DNA from: Diplonema japonicum
Taxonomy: Eukaryota; Protista; Euglenozoa: Diplonemea
Reading direction: 5' to 3'
Assembly (NCBI GenBank): GCA_964019335.1
Contig: OZ025659.1
Coordinates: forward strand, 682,001-746,000
Length of the DNA stretch: 64,000 nt
The translations under genes and the position numbers were made by a program. Shown piece after piece: positions 20,583 to 30,827 of the stretch; the stretch's first letter is position 1; each line of letters starts with the position of its first letter. The notes beneath the pieces were generated by a model. It was given only the letters and a program-made list of their open reading frames with translations. It ran no database searches and was not told the DNA's origin.

Positions 20583-22631
20583 ATGAGCATTCATGGACTT
20601 CAACACCTACAGTGTAGTAGCGTGAATCACATGCTAGGGGACTCCGAAGGCGATGCGTTTAGAAGGGCTCAAGTACAGTGCAAATTCAAAGGCGGGAGGT
20701 GGAAGATGCAACCTGGGGAAACTGTGGGGCGTTTGGAAAAAATGCACGTTCCTGAACAAAAACCGAAAGCCATGACCCCGCCAGTACCGGGGAGCCATTC
20801 TAACAAGAAAGAGGCAGTACGTGTTCTGCTACCACCACTTGCTGAAAAAACCTATGTAACAACCTCACACACGGACCTGCAAGCATGGGTTGCCAGCAAG
20901 CGCAACCTGCAGCTAGCTGACGAAGAAGCCGTCAAGAGACGCAAACTGCAAGCCTCATCTTGCGCTGCCCTTAACACGCTTTTAGGTTTCTTTTCCCGAG
21001 AGACTATTTGCATCCTCGAAGCCCGTAACCGTGATGCGGTGACTCACAAACAAAATCGGCATCGTGGCAACATCTCACGGTACATAGGCCGCCACCTGCA
21101 AGCCGTGTGTCTTCGCGTCAAGGTACATGTGCAACACAGACGAAGGTATTTTCACGTGCTGAAGCTGTTCCGCCGTCGGATGCTCCAAGACCGTGCTGAT
21201 GCTGAGCTCAAACATAACCTTTTCAAGCAGGCCCGGAACATCAACGCCAAGAAGCTGCACATGAAGCGCATCGCGCTCGAAGAGACGGACAGTCGCACGA
21301 CTCTATCGAAAGAGGAGCACACGCTGTACACCAAAAACCTGCTCCTCCCTACGAACACCGCCCTCGACCTTATGTTCAAAAGCATCGAAATCACTCAGCT
21401 CATCGAGCTGCTCTTCAAAGGCGAAGCATCCCGCAGGCAGGAACTACAGGACATGGAGGAGTCGTCGAGAAATGATGTCCACGGAGCGAAGGTTCAATAC
21501 ATGGCACTGCGTTTGAAGAGGGTCACGCATGCCAAAGGGCTGCAGGGGAGATCGATGGTAGTTCACATGAACCTGCGGTACTGGAAGCTGGTGAGACACT
21601 GGGTGTACGTACGGAAGATCAGGAAGCTAGGTGCAATCGGCAACATATTACACCTGCAACAACGGTACAGAACACTGCAACAACATCGTGCCTACTGCGT
21701 GCGCATAAGGATGAAGAAACAACACTTCCTGTCGCGGCAGCTGCTGCACCAAACAACGGTAATGACCATCGGCAGGTTCTGGGTGCTGTGGGACAGGTGG
21801 TGCTACAACAGGGTGCGGCGCCGTGACACGGCACAGGCGGTACGTGCGATGCAAATATCTGCGATGCACCGCCTGACAACAAGGTACTGGAAAGCATGGG
21901 TCGCACGACCGTTTCAGGAGTTAACCTTCAGAAGAATACGAGCTGAGTGCGCGATTGCACTGCAAAAAACGTATTACAAAAAGTTGGCAACGAACAAATT
22001 GCTGCGGTGGGTGGCACGGACGCCGGAGCAACGTGTGCGGAGGCTGCAACAAAAGCTGTCCCGGCCGTTGTTCGGGAAGACGTATACGGTACTGCAGTGC
22101 CATGCGATGGAGAAGGGGCACCTGAAAAGGTTGGTGCGAAAGATGTACAAGAGGCTAGTGAGGAAGGTGGTTGTTCTTTCGCATCTGAGGGAAGAGAGCA
22201 AAACGTCACTGCTTCGCCAGCGATTCAAGACACTTAAATGCTCTGCACAGAGAAAGCCGCTGTCCCTTTGTGCCATGCTGACACGAAACAACGAGGCGCT
22301 GATGAGAGACCGATTGGAGGCGTGGGAAGCGAAAACGAGCAGGGCAAAGAAGATACGGATCATGACCCTGACGGCCAGCATGCTGCAGCGCAGCTTTGAA
22401 CTCAGCAAGTACAGGCTAGCCTGGTCGAGACTGATGCTTCCCGTGCTCATCAAGAAGCTGTGTGAACAAGACGCTTTCATCGCTCTGCATTGGAACTCAC
22501 AAAGGTATAAAAGAGGGAGGGAGGACAAGAAAAGAAGAAAAAAAACTCAAAGTATCATTATCCGCCGTTACCTGACATTGTGGATGACATGGTGCACCCT
22601 GCGTGAGGACACAAGTGATGACAGCAATTGA
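20583..22631 (+). CDS. Basic helical protein with Sfi1-like (centrin-binding-type) Trp repeats
   Basis: 682-aa ORF after a pyrimidine tract and CAG. Repeats RYWKLV, RFWVLWDRW, RYWKAW, RLAWSRL, RRYLTLWMTW. The family call is tentative. Confidence 0.55.
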   Translation: MSIHGLQHLQCSSVNHMLGDSEGDAFRRAQVQCKFKGGRWKMQPGETVGRLEKMHVPEQKPKAMTPPVPGSHSNKKEAVRVLLPPLAEKTYVTTSHTDLQAWVASKRNLQLADEEAVKRRKLQASSCAALNTLLGFFSRETICILEARNRDAVTHKQNRHRGNISRYIGRHLQAVCLRVKVHVQHRRRYFHVLKLFRRRMLQDRADAELKHNLFKQARNINAKKLHMKRIALEETDSRTTLSKEEHTLYTKNLLLPTNTALDLMFKSIEITQLIELLFKGEASRRQELQDMEESSRNDVHGAKVQYMALRLKRVTHAKGLQGRSMVVHMNLRYWKLVRHWVYVRKIRKLGAIGNILHLQQRYRTLQQHRAYCVRIRMKKQHFLSRQLLHQTTVMTIGRFWVLWDRWCYNRVRRRDTAQAVRAMQISAMHRLTTRYWKAWVARPFQELTFRRIRAECAIALQKTYYKKLATNKLLRWVARTPEQRVRRLQQKLSRPLFGKTYTVLQCHAMEKGHLKRLVRKMYKRLVRKVVVLSHLREESKTSLLRQRFKTLKCSAQRKPLSLCAMLTRNNEALMRDRLEAWEAKTSRAKKIRIMTLTASMLQRSFELSKYRLAWSRLMLPVLIKKLCEQDAFIALHWNSQRYKRGREDKKRRKKTQSIIIRRYLTLWMTWCTLREDTSDDSN

Positions 22632-22665
22632 GAGGCTTCCGTCTCTTTTCCATTTTCAGTTTTTT

Positions 22666-22702
<37 letters not shown>

Positions 22703-22761
22703 TGTTGTTTGTTTTTGGTTTGTCCAGCATATGACAGTGGTGGTGGAAGAAGAAAAAGAAA

Positions 22762-23167
22762 ATGTCCGGGAAAGGTAAAAGTAGAAAAGATGTAGTGCAC
22801 CACATTGAGAAGCTGCTGGAGCAGCCTGTGAATGTTTCGCTGATAGGGGGCCGGGAGGTGACGGGGATACTGAAGGGCTTCGATTTGTCGTTGAATATCG
22901 TGCTGGATGAGACGCGTGAATATGTGCGGGACTTAACGGTATGCCTCCCCCCCCCCCCCCCCCCCCCCCCGTTTTCCCTTTATCCTTTCTCCCATTCAGG
23001 ACTTTTCAAAGCGCAATTTGATACCCGACCCAGAAGAACCCGACACGCTAGTTGAGGAAACAAGATTTTTGGGGGTCGTCGTGTGCAAAGGGAGTTTGGT
23101 AACAGTAGTGTCACCCTATGATGGCACGGAGGAGATTGAAAACCCGTTTGCGGTTGACGAAGAGTGA
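22762..23167 (+). CDS. LSM7: U6 snRNA-associated Sm-like protein LSm7; exons 22762-22938, 23000-23167
   Basis: Sm1 GGREVTGILKGFDLSLNIVLDET. After intron 22939-22999: Sm2 TRFLGVVVCKGSLV and the LSm7-type end PYDGTEEIENPF. Confidence 0.9.
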
Positions 23168-23402
23168 GAAAAAAAAAGAGAAAAAAAAATCAGGGGACAT
23201 AAAAAAGTGTACTGTAGCTATGGGTTTCCTTGCCCACCAGTATTATTTCCCCCCCCCCAAAAAAAAGCAAAAACAACAAAAAAAACGGTAAAAAAAAACA
23301 CCACTTTTAAAAAAAAGGTGGGGAAAAGGGGAAAGAGAGGGGGAGGAGGAGGAGGCGGGCGAGGGTTTTTCTTCTTTTAAAAACACGCACACACAACACT
23401 AA

Positions 23403-24651
23403 ATGACGTCAGCGCTCCCCTCCCTGCAAGGCAGCAATGCCGGGAGGTTCAACAACGTGGCACCGTGGATACCTGCAGCGGGGAAAGTTCAAAGCGACCC
23501 TTTAGACAATGTAGGCACATGTGTGAAACACACGGGAGACAGACCGGACACACCGGAGAGAGTAATGCCGTTTCGAAAATCCAGACAGGAGGTTGGAAGA
23601 TCCGTACAACCAAGGGGAAAGGCAGGCGACCCAGGGCCGCCAGACGTACGGTTTGGGAAGAGAAACACTTACGACGACAACGCGTTGCTGCTGATCCAAC
23701 CGGACACCCGTTGCGTGTTCCTCCAAAAACAACAAGCTTTAAGCGAACAGATCTACCACACCACTCGCAACGAGCCCTTGGGCACACGCCGGGTGACAGG
23801 ACAGACACCTGAAAAGGTGAACGACCCAAAAACAAGGTTCGGAAAGGTCACAAAAACATCCGAAAACTCGAAAGCGGTGATCTACCCGTACCAGAACGAG
23901 GACGACGAGGAGGAGGCGAAGAACCACCATAAATACTGCAGAACGCACAATTCGTACCACGCGGGAGAGCAAAAAAAAAGGGACTACCACTGGGCAAAGG
24001 GCATCAACCCGAAGGAGCACCGCTTTGGCTACGTGGAGCAGTCTGAGGTGAACGGTGTGAAAGGCGCCATGTCGTATGGGGGCGAGACGGGGACTGCCAT
24101 TGTTCAGAAAACAATGGAGGACTTCAAGGACATCACGAGGGACACCCTCGGCAAGCCGAAGAACCACGGCTTTGGGAACGAACGGACCATCGACAGGAAC
24201 TTCACCTTTGGCAAGAAGAACACCTCGGATGACTGGGGTGTCCGCGAGTGCATGGTGGGGAACCTCGCAGACACCGACATGAACGACCCGAAACTGGGCG
24301 TCTCAACCCGACCCGGCTTCAGAAACGTAACCCACTCTTCTGAAGACGCAGAAAGGGCATTTGGCATCCCCTCCGTTAGAATCGACAAGAAACGGCCCAC
24401 TTACAGAAAGGTAACAGACAACAACAACTACGGGGACGACTGCAACGCACTGAGTCTTATCTGCCCTTCAAAATATGCCAGTAAGAACGTTCATGAAGAG
24501 GTGTGGAAATGGGGATAAAGGGTGTTTTATCGATTCTTTTTTTTATTTTACAGGATTTCTTGCAGCCGATCTTGAAGGAGGACATGTACCATCTTGCTCA
24601 GAAGTCTTGTTTCGGGCTTGAAGACGATGAGTTTGATGAGGTATGGGTCAC

Positions 24652-24716
<65 letters not shown>

Positions 24717-24805
24717 AGGCATGGGCCCTCGCGTCTACTTACACGCAGAACGGCTCTGTTTCAATTGAGACATTTAGAAGGGCGGTGGAAGCGCTCGATT
24801 TGTAG
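23403..24805 (+). CDS. EFHB: EFHB/CFAP21-like axonemal protein; exons 23403-24500, 24554-24640, 24719-24805
   Basis: EQIYHTTRNEPLG, GEQKKRDYHW, HRFG, FGIPSVRID, NNYGDD...LICPS. Introns 24501-24553 and 24641-24718 give the EF-like end DFLQP...DEFDEAW...VSIETFRR. Confidence 0.8.
24655..24714 (+). repeat. ~60-nt poly(A) run making up most of EFHB intron 2
   Basis: A-run directly followed by the CTAG acceptor. Confidence 0.85.
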
Positions 24806-25043
24806 GTTCCCCCCTTTTTTTTATATCAGCAGAAAGGGGGGAAAGATGAGGCGCGGGGGGAAAAAAAGATTTCCCCCCCTTCCCCATGCTCCCTGTTCAA
24901 CCACCCTCCATCCCCACCCTTCTTTTTCTTCTTTATGTTACATATGTGGGTCTTCTTTTTTTTATACCTTTTTTCAAACAGATTTTTTTTTTTTTTTAGC
25001 TACGACTGTTTAGAACAATTCTCAGGTTACAAAAAAGAAGATT

Positions 25044-25487
25044 ATGCCACACCCAGCGCAGTTTATTGGGTGTAAAGCGCCCCATCCTGCGGAGATGGCG
25101 GCGGGCAGTAGTAGTGCAGATGGAACGAGAAAGAACTACCACGCGTTTGCCTTTGGGAACAAGGTGACGGGGATTGGGCTGAGAGCGCAGATTGCAAGAG
25201 TGGCTGAAGCAAGACACGTGACGGGTTGGGCACAGAACCTCTCCGATCACACACTAGAGGTGGTTGGGAATGGCCCTTCCAAAGGCATGAAAACCCTGAG
25301 TGCTTACGTCCGGCGGCAATCTGGGGTTTCACGCGTCGCAGAACAGTTCCAACCCACACACCACAAGGGCGCCTACCATCACTTTTACACAGTAGGCCAT
25401 CATGGCCATGCGACCTCAACTGGAAAATCGTGGCCTTACCAAGCAGATTATGTGGGCGACATCCCTGCACGAAAGCTGCATAAATAA
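25044..25487 (+). CDS. Acylphosphatase-like protein with His-rich tail
   Basis: GNKVTGIGLR...A...VTGWAQN..D.TLEVVG matches the acylphosphatase signature, with catalytic Arg and Asn retained. Confidence 0.65.
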   Translation: MPHPAQFIGCKAPHPAEMAAGSSSADGTRKNYHAFAFGNKVTGIGLRAQIARVAEARHVTGWAQNLSDHTLEVVGNGPSKGMKTLSAYVRRQSGVSRVAEQFQPTHHKGAYHHFYTVGHHGHATSTGKSWPYQADYVGDIPARKLHK

Positions 25488-25581
25488 TGAAAGATAGTTT
25501 TTCTTTTTTACACGGAGCGGAAGAAATATAGAAACGTTATTGGGGGGGTTTTTTTATCCATACTGTTCGACACTGTCTGCT

Positions 25582-25614
<33 letters not shown>

Positions 25615-25911
25615 CCTTGTTCTGAAGCTGGAGATCGGTATACCCACGAAGGTGCGGGTTGTGTGTACGCTGTAGTCTACTATGGGCAGCACGGTTTCAT
25701 TGGGCTCCCACCCCGACGACTCGATCAGGTTGTCACGGAAGGGGAGGAACAATTCCGAAGCTGTTAAACTCCAGCCTTCCTGGGGATTTTTCACACACGG
25801 GGACAGACACGGGGTACTTATCGCCAGTCAAACACAGATTTGGCAAATTCCCGATTTTCAAAAAAAAAAAAAAAAAAAGAAAAAGGGGGGTAAAAAAAAA
25901 AGAAAAGAAAA

Positions 25912-26779
25912 ATGGGGATGTGCTGCACAAAAGACCAGGTCGCCCCAAACGAAAGCGGCAGCAGCAACGGCAACCTGAACGCCAAGACTGAAAAACCGCC
26001 GAGGGAGGTCAAGCAACTTGCAGGACCTGCAAAGGAAGCACAGTCGCCGCCGAAGGTCAAGAAATTTGTGCACGAGAGCGTGATCCCCTTGCACGTGGAG
26101 AAGAAAACAGGACACACCTGTGTGTGTGTCTCGGCGAACAATTCGGTGTGTGCTCCCTTCTTTAAAAAAAAAAAAAAGAAAAAAAAAACAGGATACGTTT
26201 GCACTGTCGGAGAGGATAGCCGGCCTAAACCTGCGGGATGGGTTGACGTATGAAAAAGAAGAAAAAAAAAGAGGAAAAAAAAAAAAATTCAAACACAGGA
26301 TCCAAGAACTGGTAGACAGCGTGGATGAGGGCGTACCGGTGCGGCTGTGTAAAAGCAAGAACTTAGATGTGAATGATATCCGGTTTACGTGCGATAACCC
26401 CTTTGGCGGTCTCTTCGGGATGGGTCTTTGTGTTTCTGTCGGTAAAGAAGGTGGGCGAGCCGCCACCACCCAAGGCGCAGTGCAGTCGTGGCTCGTAAAC
26501 AACGGCTGGACGGCCTCCGACTCCGTCACAGTTCTGAACAACCCCTCCAGGGAAAAGCTGGATAGCTCTCTCTCAGCCCTCATGTCCACCCCAGGTATAG
26601 ACGCATTCTGGTTCTCGTTCACCGGACCTTCCGATGATCAAGGCAACCTCCTCCTCAGTGATGGAGCGCTCCCCCTATCCTCCTTGCTCCCTATGCTTTC
26701 CCGGATACCAAAGACTTCCACGGTTACAGCTGTTATTGACATGCAAGGTAATCTGCCTCAGGTTAAGGAGACAATCTGA
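25912..26779 (+). CDS. N-acylated pseudo-metacaspase (p10-p20 order); exons 25912-26145, 26192-26247, 26299-26779
   Basis: MGMCC start. p20-like NPSREKLDSSLSAL...AFWFSFTGP (His absent)...VTAVIDMQ (Cys absent). Two GT-AG introns (46, 51 nt) with A-rich 3' ends. Confidence 0.65.
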
Positions 26780-27676
26780 AAAAGATTTTTTTTTTTGTTT
26801 TGTAGTTTTTTTTTGTTTTGTTTTTGTTTTTGCTTTGTTTGTTGTCTTAAACAAAGTACTGCCCAGTTTGTACGGGAAAGAAAAAAGAGTAGTGGTAGCA
26901 AACAACTTTTTTTTTTTTTGTTGTTGTCTTTCGTTTCAGTTTCACACTGCGAATACCTGACCCCCCCATTCACGATTTCTTTCTGTTTGTGAATTTGCGT
27001 TTGGCTGCTGTGGGCAGGGGGGAACGTCTGTATACCGAGCCTTACGATTTTACTTTTGAGTGCTACACGAAGAAGGCGTTGTAGCTTACCACTTCGTTTC
27101 CTGATTTTTTTTCTTCTTTTTTTACTTATTATTGAATCTTACATTGGGTGGGCTCGTTGCTGACTATTCTCCTTTCCCCCCATCATCAGCGATCTTTCTT
27201 ATGAACAGTGCCGCGCCCTCGAAGGGTTCATCGTGTTGTGGTGGGGCTCGTTGCTTACACTGCCCCATCATCGTGAATTACTTCTTTTTTTTTTTCCCCC
27301 CTTAGAAGGGGTCCGGTTCTCCGCTACTTTGTCATTGGCTTTTCTCCCCGAAAAGAAAAAAAAAAGGTATGGCGGGGTAGGGGGGTGGTACTGTTTGTGG
27401 TTTCACAAGGTGCAGGATTCCGTGTTTACGTGCGGTGTAAGAAACCCCAGGCATTTGGTTTCGTAGGGTTTTCCCCCAAGTTGAGGGAGGAAAGGGCAGA
27501 AAAGCTGATCTTTTCTTTTTATATTCCTTACAGTTTGTCTTTCTCCCATACTCATTTTCCTATTAATCTTTTTTAAAGCCTTATCTCCTGATCGCCCCCA
27601 CAAAAAACACAGGGAAGAAGAAAAAAAAAAAAAAAAAGAGAGAGAGAAAAAGAGAGTCAAATGCCTGAGAAGCAAA

Positions 27677-29364
27677 ATGGATAAGAAGCTTCCACTTTTG
27701 GAAACTAGGGCGAGGACCGCAGATGTGTCAAAGGTGCGTTCAAAAACTGCGATTGTGAAGGGAAACGAGAAGTTGGGGTTGACTCTACCACTTCCTGGGG
27801 TGCGGCTACCAAAGAAGCGGGCTCTCGTTACCCACTATGCTTGCAGTAAGGCTGCGGTGCACTCTTTACAGGTGCATCTCTCCCAGCTGTTCTTCAAGCC
27901 ATTCTTCTCCTACGCTGTTGACATCTTGATCAAGTCAGGTGCCTTCATCAGTCCTTATTGCTGCATCGTGTCGAAGATGACTCCTGACTTCCTGTCGTTT
28001 TCAGACATATCTGGCATCAACCATGTACTGTATTTCTTAGCACAAGCTTTGTCCCCTTCCTTCTTTCAAAAGCTCCCGACGGTCGCTTCTTGTCAGATCG
28101 TAAGCCACTTCCCCAGAACAGAACTAATTTGCGATAAGGTATAAAAACAAAAACAAAAAACGAATTTTAAAAAAAAAAAGGTCTCCCTTGCCGTTCTCAT
28201 GGAAGAACTGCGATCCAAAGCACCCTCGGAGTGGGATTTTGTGCCAGCAACATGCACGACATACAAGGCCTTTAAGGTATCGTATTTTTTCTTTTCTTTT
28301 CTTTCTTTTTCTTTTTTTCAAAAAAAAGAAAATCTTAGGAAATGAAGCTTCTCTACCCGAACACGGCATGGGTGGTGAAAGAGGACAGAGGCCTTGGGGG
28401 GCAAGGGATACAGATTACATTCGATGTCAAAGAAGAGGACTTCACCGACGGGAAGCGGCTGGTGCAGAGATACATAGAACCACCGTTGTTGATCCAAGGA
28501 AAACGGTTTGACGTGAGAGTATACGTGGTGGTCCTTAGCTTCAGCCCGCTTCGGGTCTGGATGGGAAAAGAGGGGATTGTACATTTATGCGCTGACCGAT
28601 ATACAAGCCCAAGTGCAGACGGGGAGGTGGGCCCGATGTCGATGCATGTTACCAACCACTTCATCAACAGCAAGGCGAAGGGCTACACCAGCGGGAGCAA
28701 GGACGGGTCCACAGGGAACAACAGATCTTTCGAAAATCTGAACAAACACTTCCCCGGTGACACGGAGGACCTTTGGAGGGCGATCCGGGTAATCGTGCTC
28801 AAATCGCTTGCTGGTGTGAAACCATTTGTCGATGCAGGGCTTGAAAGGGGGTTCGAGGATTTTGAAAAAAAGAAACGTGTCCGGTGCTATGAGGTATTTG
28901 GGTACGATCTCATCATCAGCGGTGAACCGGAGCTTCGACCTTACTTGTTGGAGGTGAACCAGTTCCCCTCGTGGATGGTGAGTGGTGCTTGGTACGCACA
29001 GATTAAGAGCAGGCTTTTAAGGGATGTTTTAAATTTTTGTAGGGTGTTGCATCACTACCCTCCCCCTGCGTCAGAGTGCCCTGAGGCAAGTACTTCTTTC
29101 CTCAACCAAGTGGAGAACAAAGCCATCAAAAATTCCGAAACCCCTCTCCTTGAACGGATCTGGCCTGTCCAGACTTCTCGTTCGTGGGCAACTCCAGATG
29201 ACATTGCTGCCGTCACATCTGCGATTACGCTGTCGAATGTTGTGTTCTCACCTCATGCCGCCACTCTCCCCACCAACACTACCGCTGCGCTCAGCCCTGA
29301 TTCACCTATAACATCTTACACAGAGGTGGAGGGACCGCAGGTCCTTAGTTTTGATACTGAATAG
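27677..29364 (+). CDS. Tubulin-tyrosine ligase-like (TTLL) protein; exons 27677-28138, 28181-28276, 28339-29364
   Basis: HFPRTELICDK, WVVKEDRGLGGQGI, VQRYIEPPLLIQGKRFDVRVYV, MHVTNHFIN, YEVFGYD, LLEVNQFPS. Introns 28139-28180 and 28277-28338. Confidence 0.9.
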
Positions 29365-29685
29365 AAACTGCTTTTAAAAAAAATGGGGAGGGACGAGAAA
29401 CAGTAAGGCTTTTTTTTGTTTTTCCTTCCCCCTCCCGCTCTTTTTTTTTTTTTTTTTTTTTTTCGTATTAGTACCCGAACTCACGATTTTTGGTTTTTTC
29501 TTTTAAAACCACGTGTGTGCAGGGAGAGAGAAAAAAAAAGGGGGGAAAAAAAAAACAAGTTTCCAACCTCCATGTATTTACATTTCCCCCCTCCCCCTTT
29601 TTTTGTTTGGCAGAAAATTGTATTGTTTTCTATTTTTCCTATTTTCTGACATTTCTTACACCCTTATAATAAAAAAAAAAGTGAC

Positions 29686-30750
29686 ATGACAAATGCCTTA
29701 TTCAAGAAAACATGTGTAGCAAGGCAAGGGAAGAGAGCTGCTGACTGGTGGGGCGGCGGGGACACAGGAGGAAGAAGTGATGAAGACGGGGCAAGGGTGG
29801 TAGCGAAGAATGGATGGAGGGTACGTGAGCTAGAGGAACGAGGGTACACCGTGGGGCCTGATACAGTGGCAGCCGGGGTGGAGGGAGGCGTCATAACGGT
29901 CAAGGAAGCTTACAGAGCCATGGGAAAGGAACGGAAATGGAGCAAAGCAGCATATGCCATTCTTAAGAAATGGTCCATCGCAACACACCTAACAGACCCA
30001 GTGTCGCGCCATCACGTGACAACCACTGCATGCGACCACGCCACATCTACATGGGGCCCTTCATTGCCTGTTCTAACAGCCAAGCTGTCCCTAGCAGCGA
30101 CACTGGATGAAGCCACTACACGCTTCGCTGAGATCAGTCAAGCTGGCTTCCAGCCGGGGCTGGAGGCGTACTTCACCTTGAGTAGCTTCCAAGACCCTAA
30201 GGTTTGCATAGAAACCTTGCAGGCCGCATCCAAGAAGGGGTACAAGATCACGCCTTCCCAGTATAAACGGGCCTTCCTGCGGTGTCTGTCCCACAGCGAG
30301 CCGATGCCAGTTGAGCGCCTCCTCGAAGAGAAGCTAGACGATATAGAGTGGGCGTTTGTCTTCTCTGCGTTTTGCGCGTGGGGTCGGTTCGACCTTGTTG
30401 AAAGGTACTGGGGGGATGTTCCTTGTCATTCGGAGCACAGCTACGCTGCCGTTTTGCACTCCTGCGCACAGCGAGCACGCAACCCGCATGACGTCTGGGC
30501 ACGGCTCGCAACCAGCACGCTGCAGACCGCGGATTTTGCTTCCAAGACGCACCCTGCGCACTACGCGTATGCCATGCAGCTTCACACCGCTACGGGCAAC
30601 GTCAAGGCAGCCACGTCCCTCAAGGAGTCCTGTGCGAGGCGGGGTAGCGCAACACCCCTCCTGCTCACCCATTTCAAGCGAATGCTTGACAACCCAGACG
30701 CCGCGGACATCGTAGGCCGCGAGATAGACGTCCTCCTCAGCAAGCTTTGA
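29686..30750 (+). CDS. PPR-like helical-repeat protein, possibly mitochondrial
   Basis: Degenerate PPR-like units GFQPGLEAYFTL, GYKITPSQY, SYAAVLHSCAQ, HYAYAMQLHTATGNVKAA; basic N-terminus. Confidence 0.55.
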   Translation: MTNALFKKTCVARQGKRAADWWGGGDTGGRSDEDGARVVAKNGWRVRELEERGYTVGPDTVAAGVEGGVITVKEAYRAMGKERKWSKAAYAILKKWSIATHLTDPVSRHHVTTTACDHATSTWGPSLPVLTAKLSLAATLDEATTRFAEISQAGFQPGLEAYFTLSSFQDPKVCIETLQAASKKGYKITPSQYKRAFLRCLSHSEPMPVERLLEEKLDDIEWAFVFSAFCAWGRFDLVERYWGDVPCHSEHSYAAVLHSCAQRARNPHDVWARLATSTLQTADFASKTHPAHYAYAMQLHTATGNVKAATSLKESCARRGSATPLLLTHFKRMLDNPDAADIVGREIDVLLSKL

Positions 30751-30785
30751 AAAACTATTGTCTCTGAGCAGACACCTATGCAAAC

Positions 30786-30820
30786 CTTTTTTTTTCCTCT
30801 CTCTTGCCACGCTATCATAG
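30786..30820 (+). promoter_or_regulatory. Putative trans-splice acceptor in a 77-nt intergenic spacer
   Basis: T/C tract then TAG, 7 nt before ATG 30828; the previous gene stops at 30750. Confidence 0.5.
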
Positions 30821-30827
30821 GGTACAC

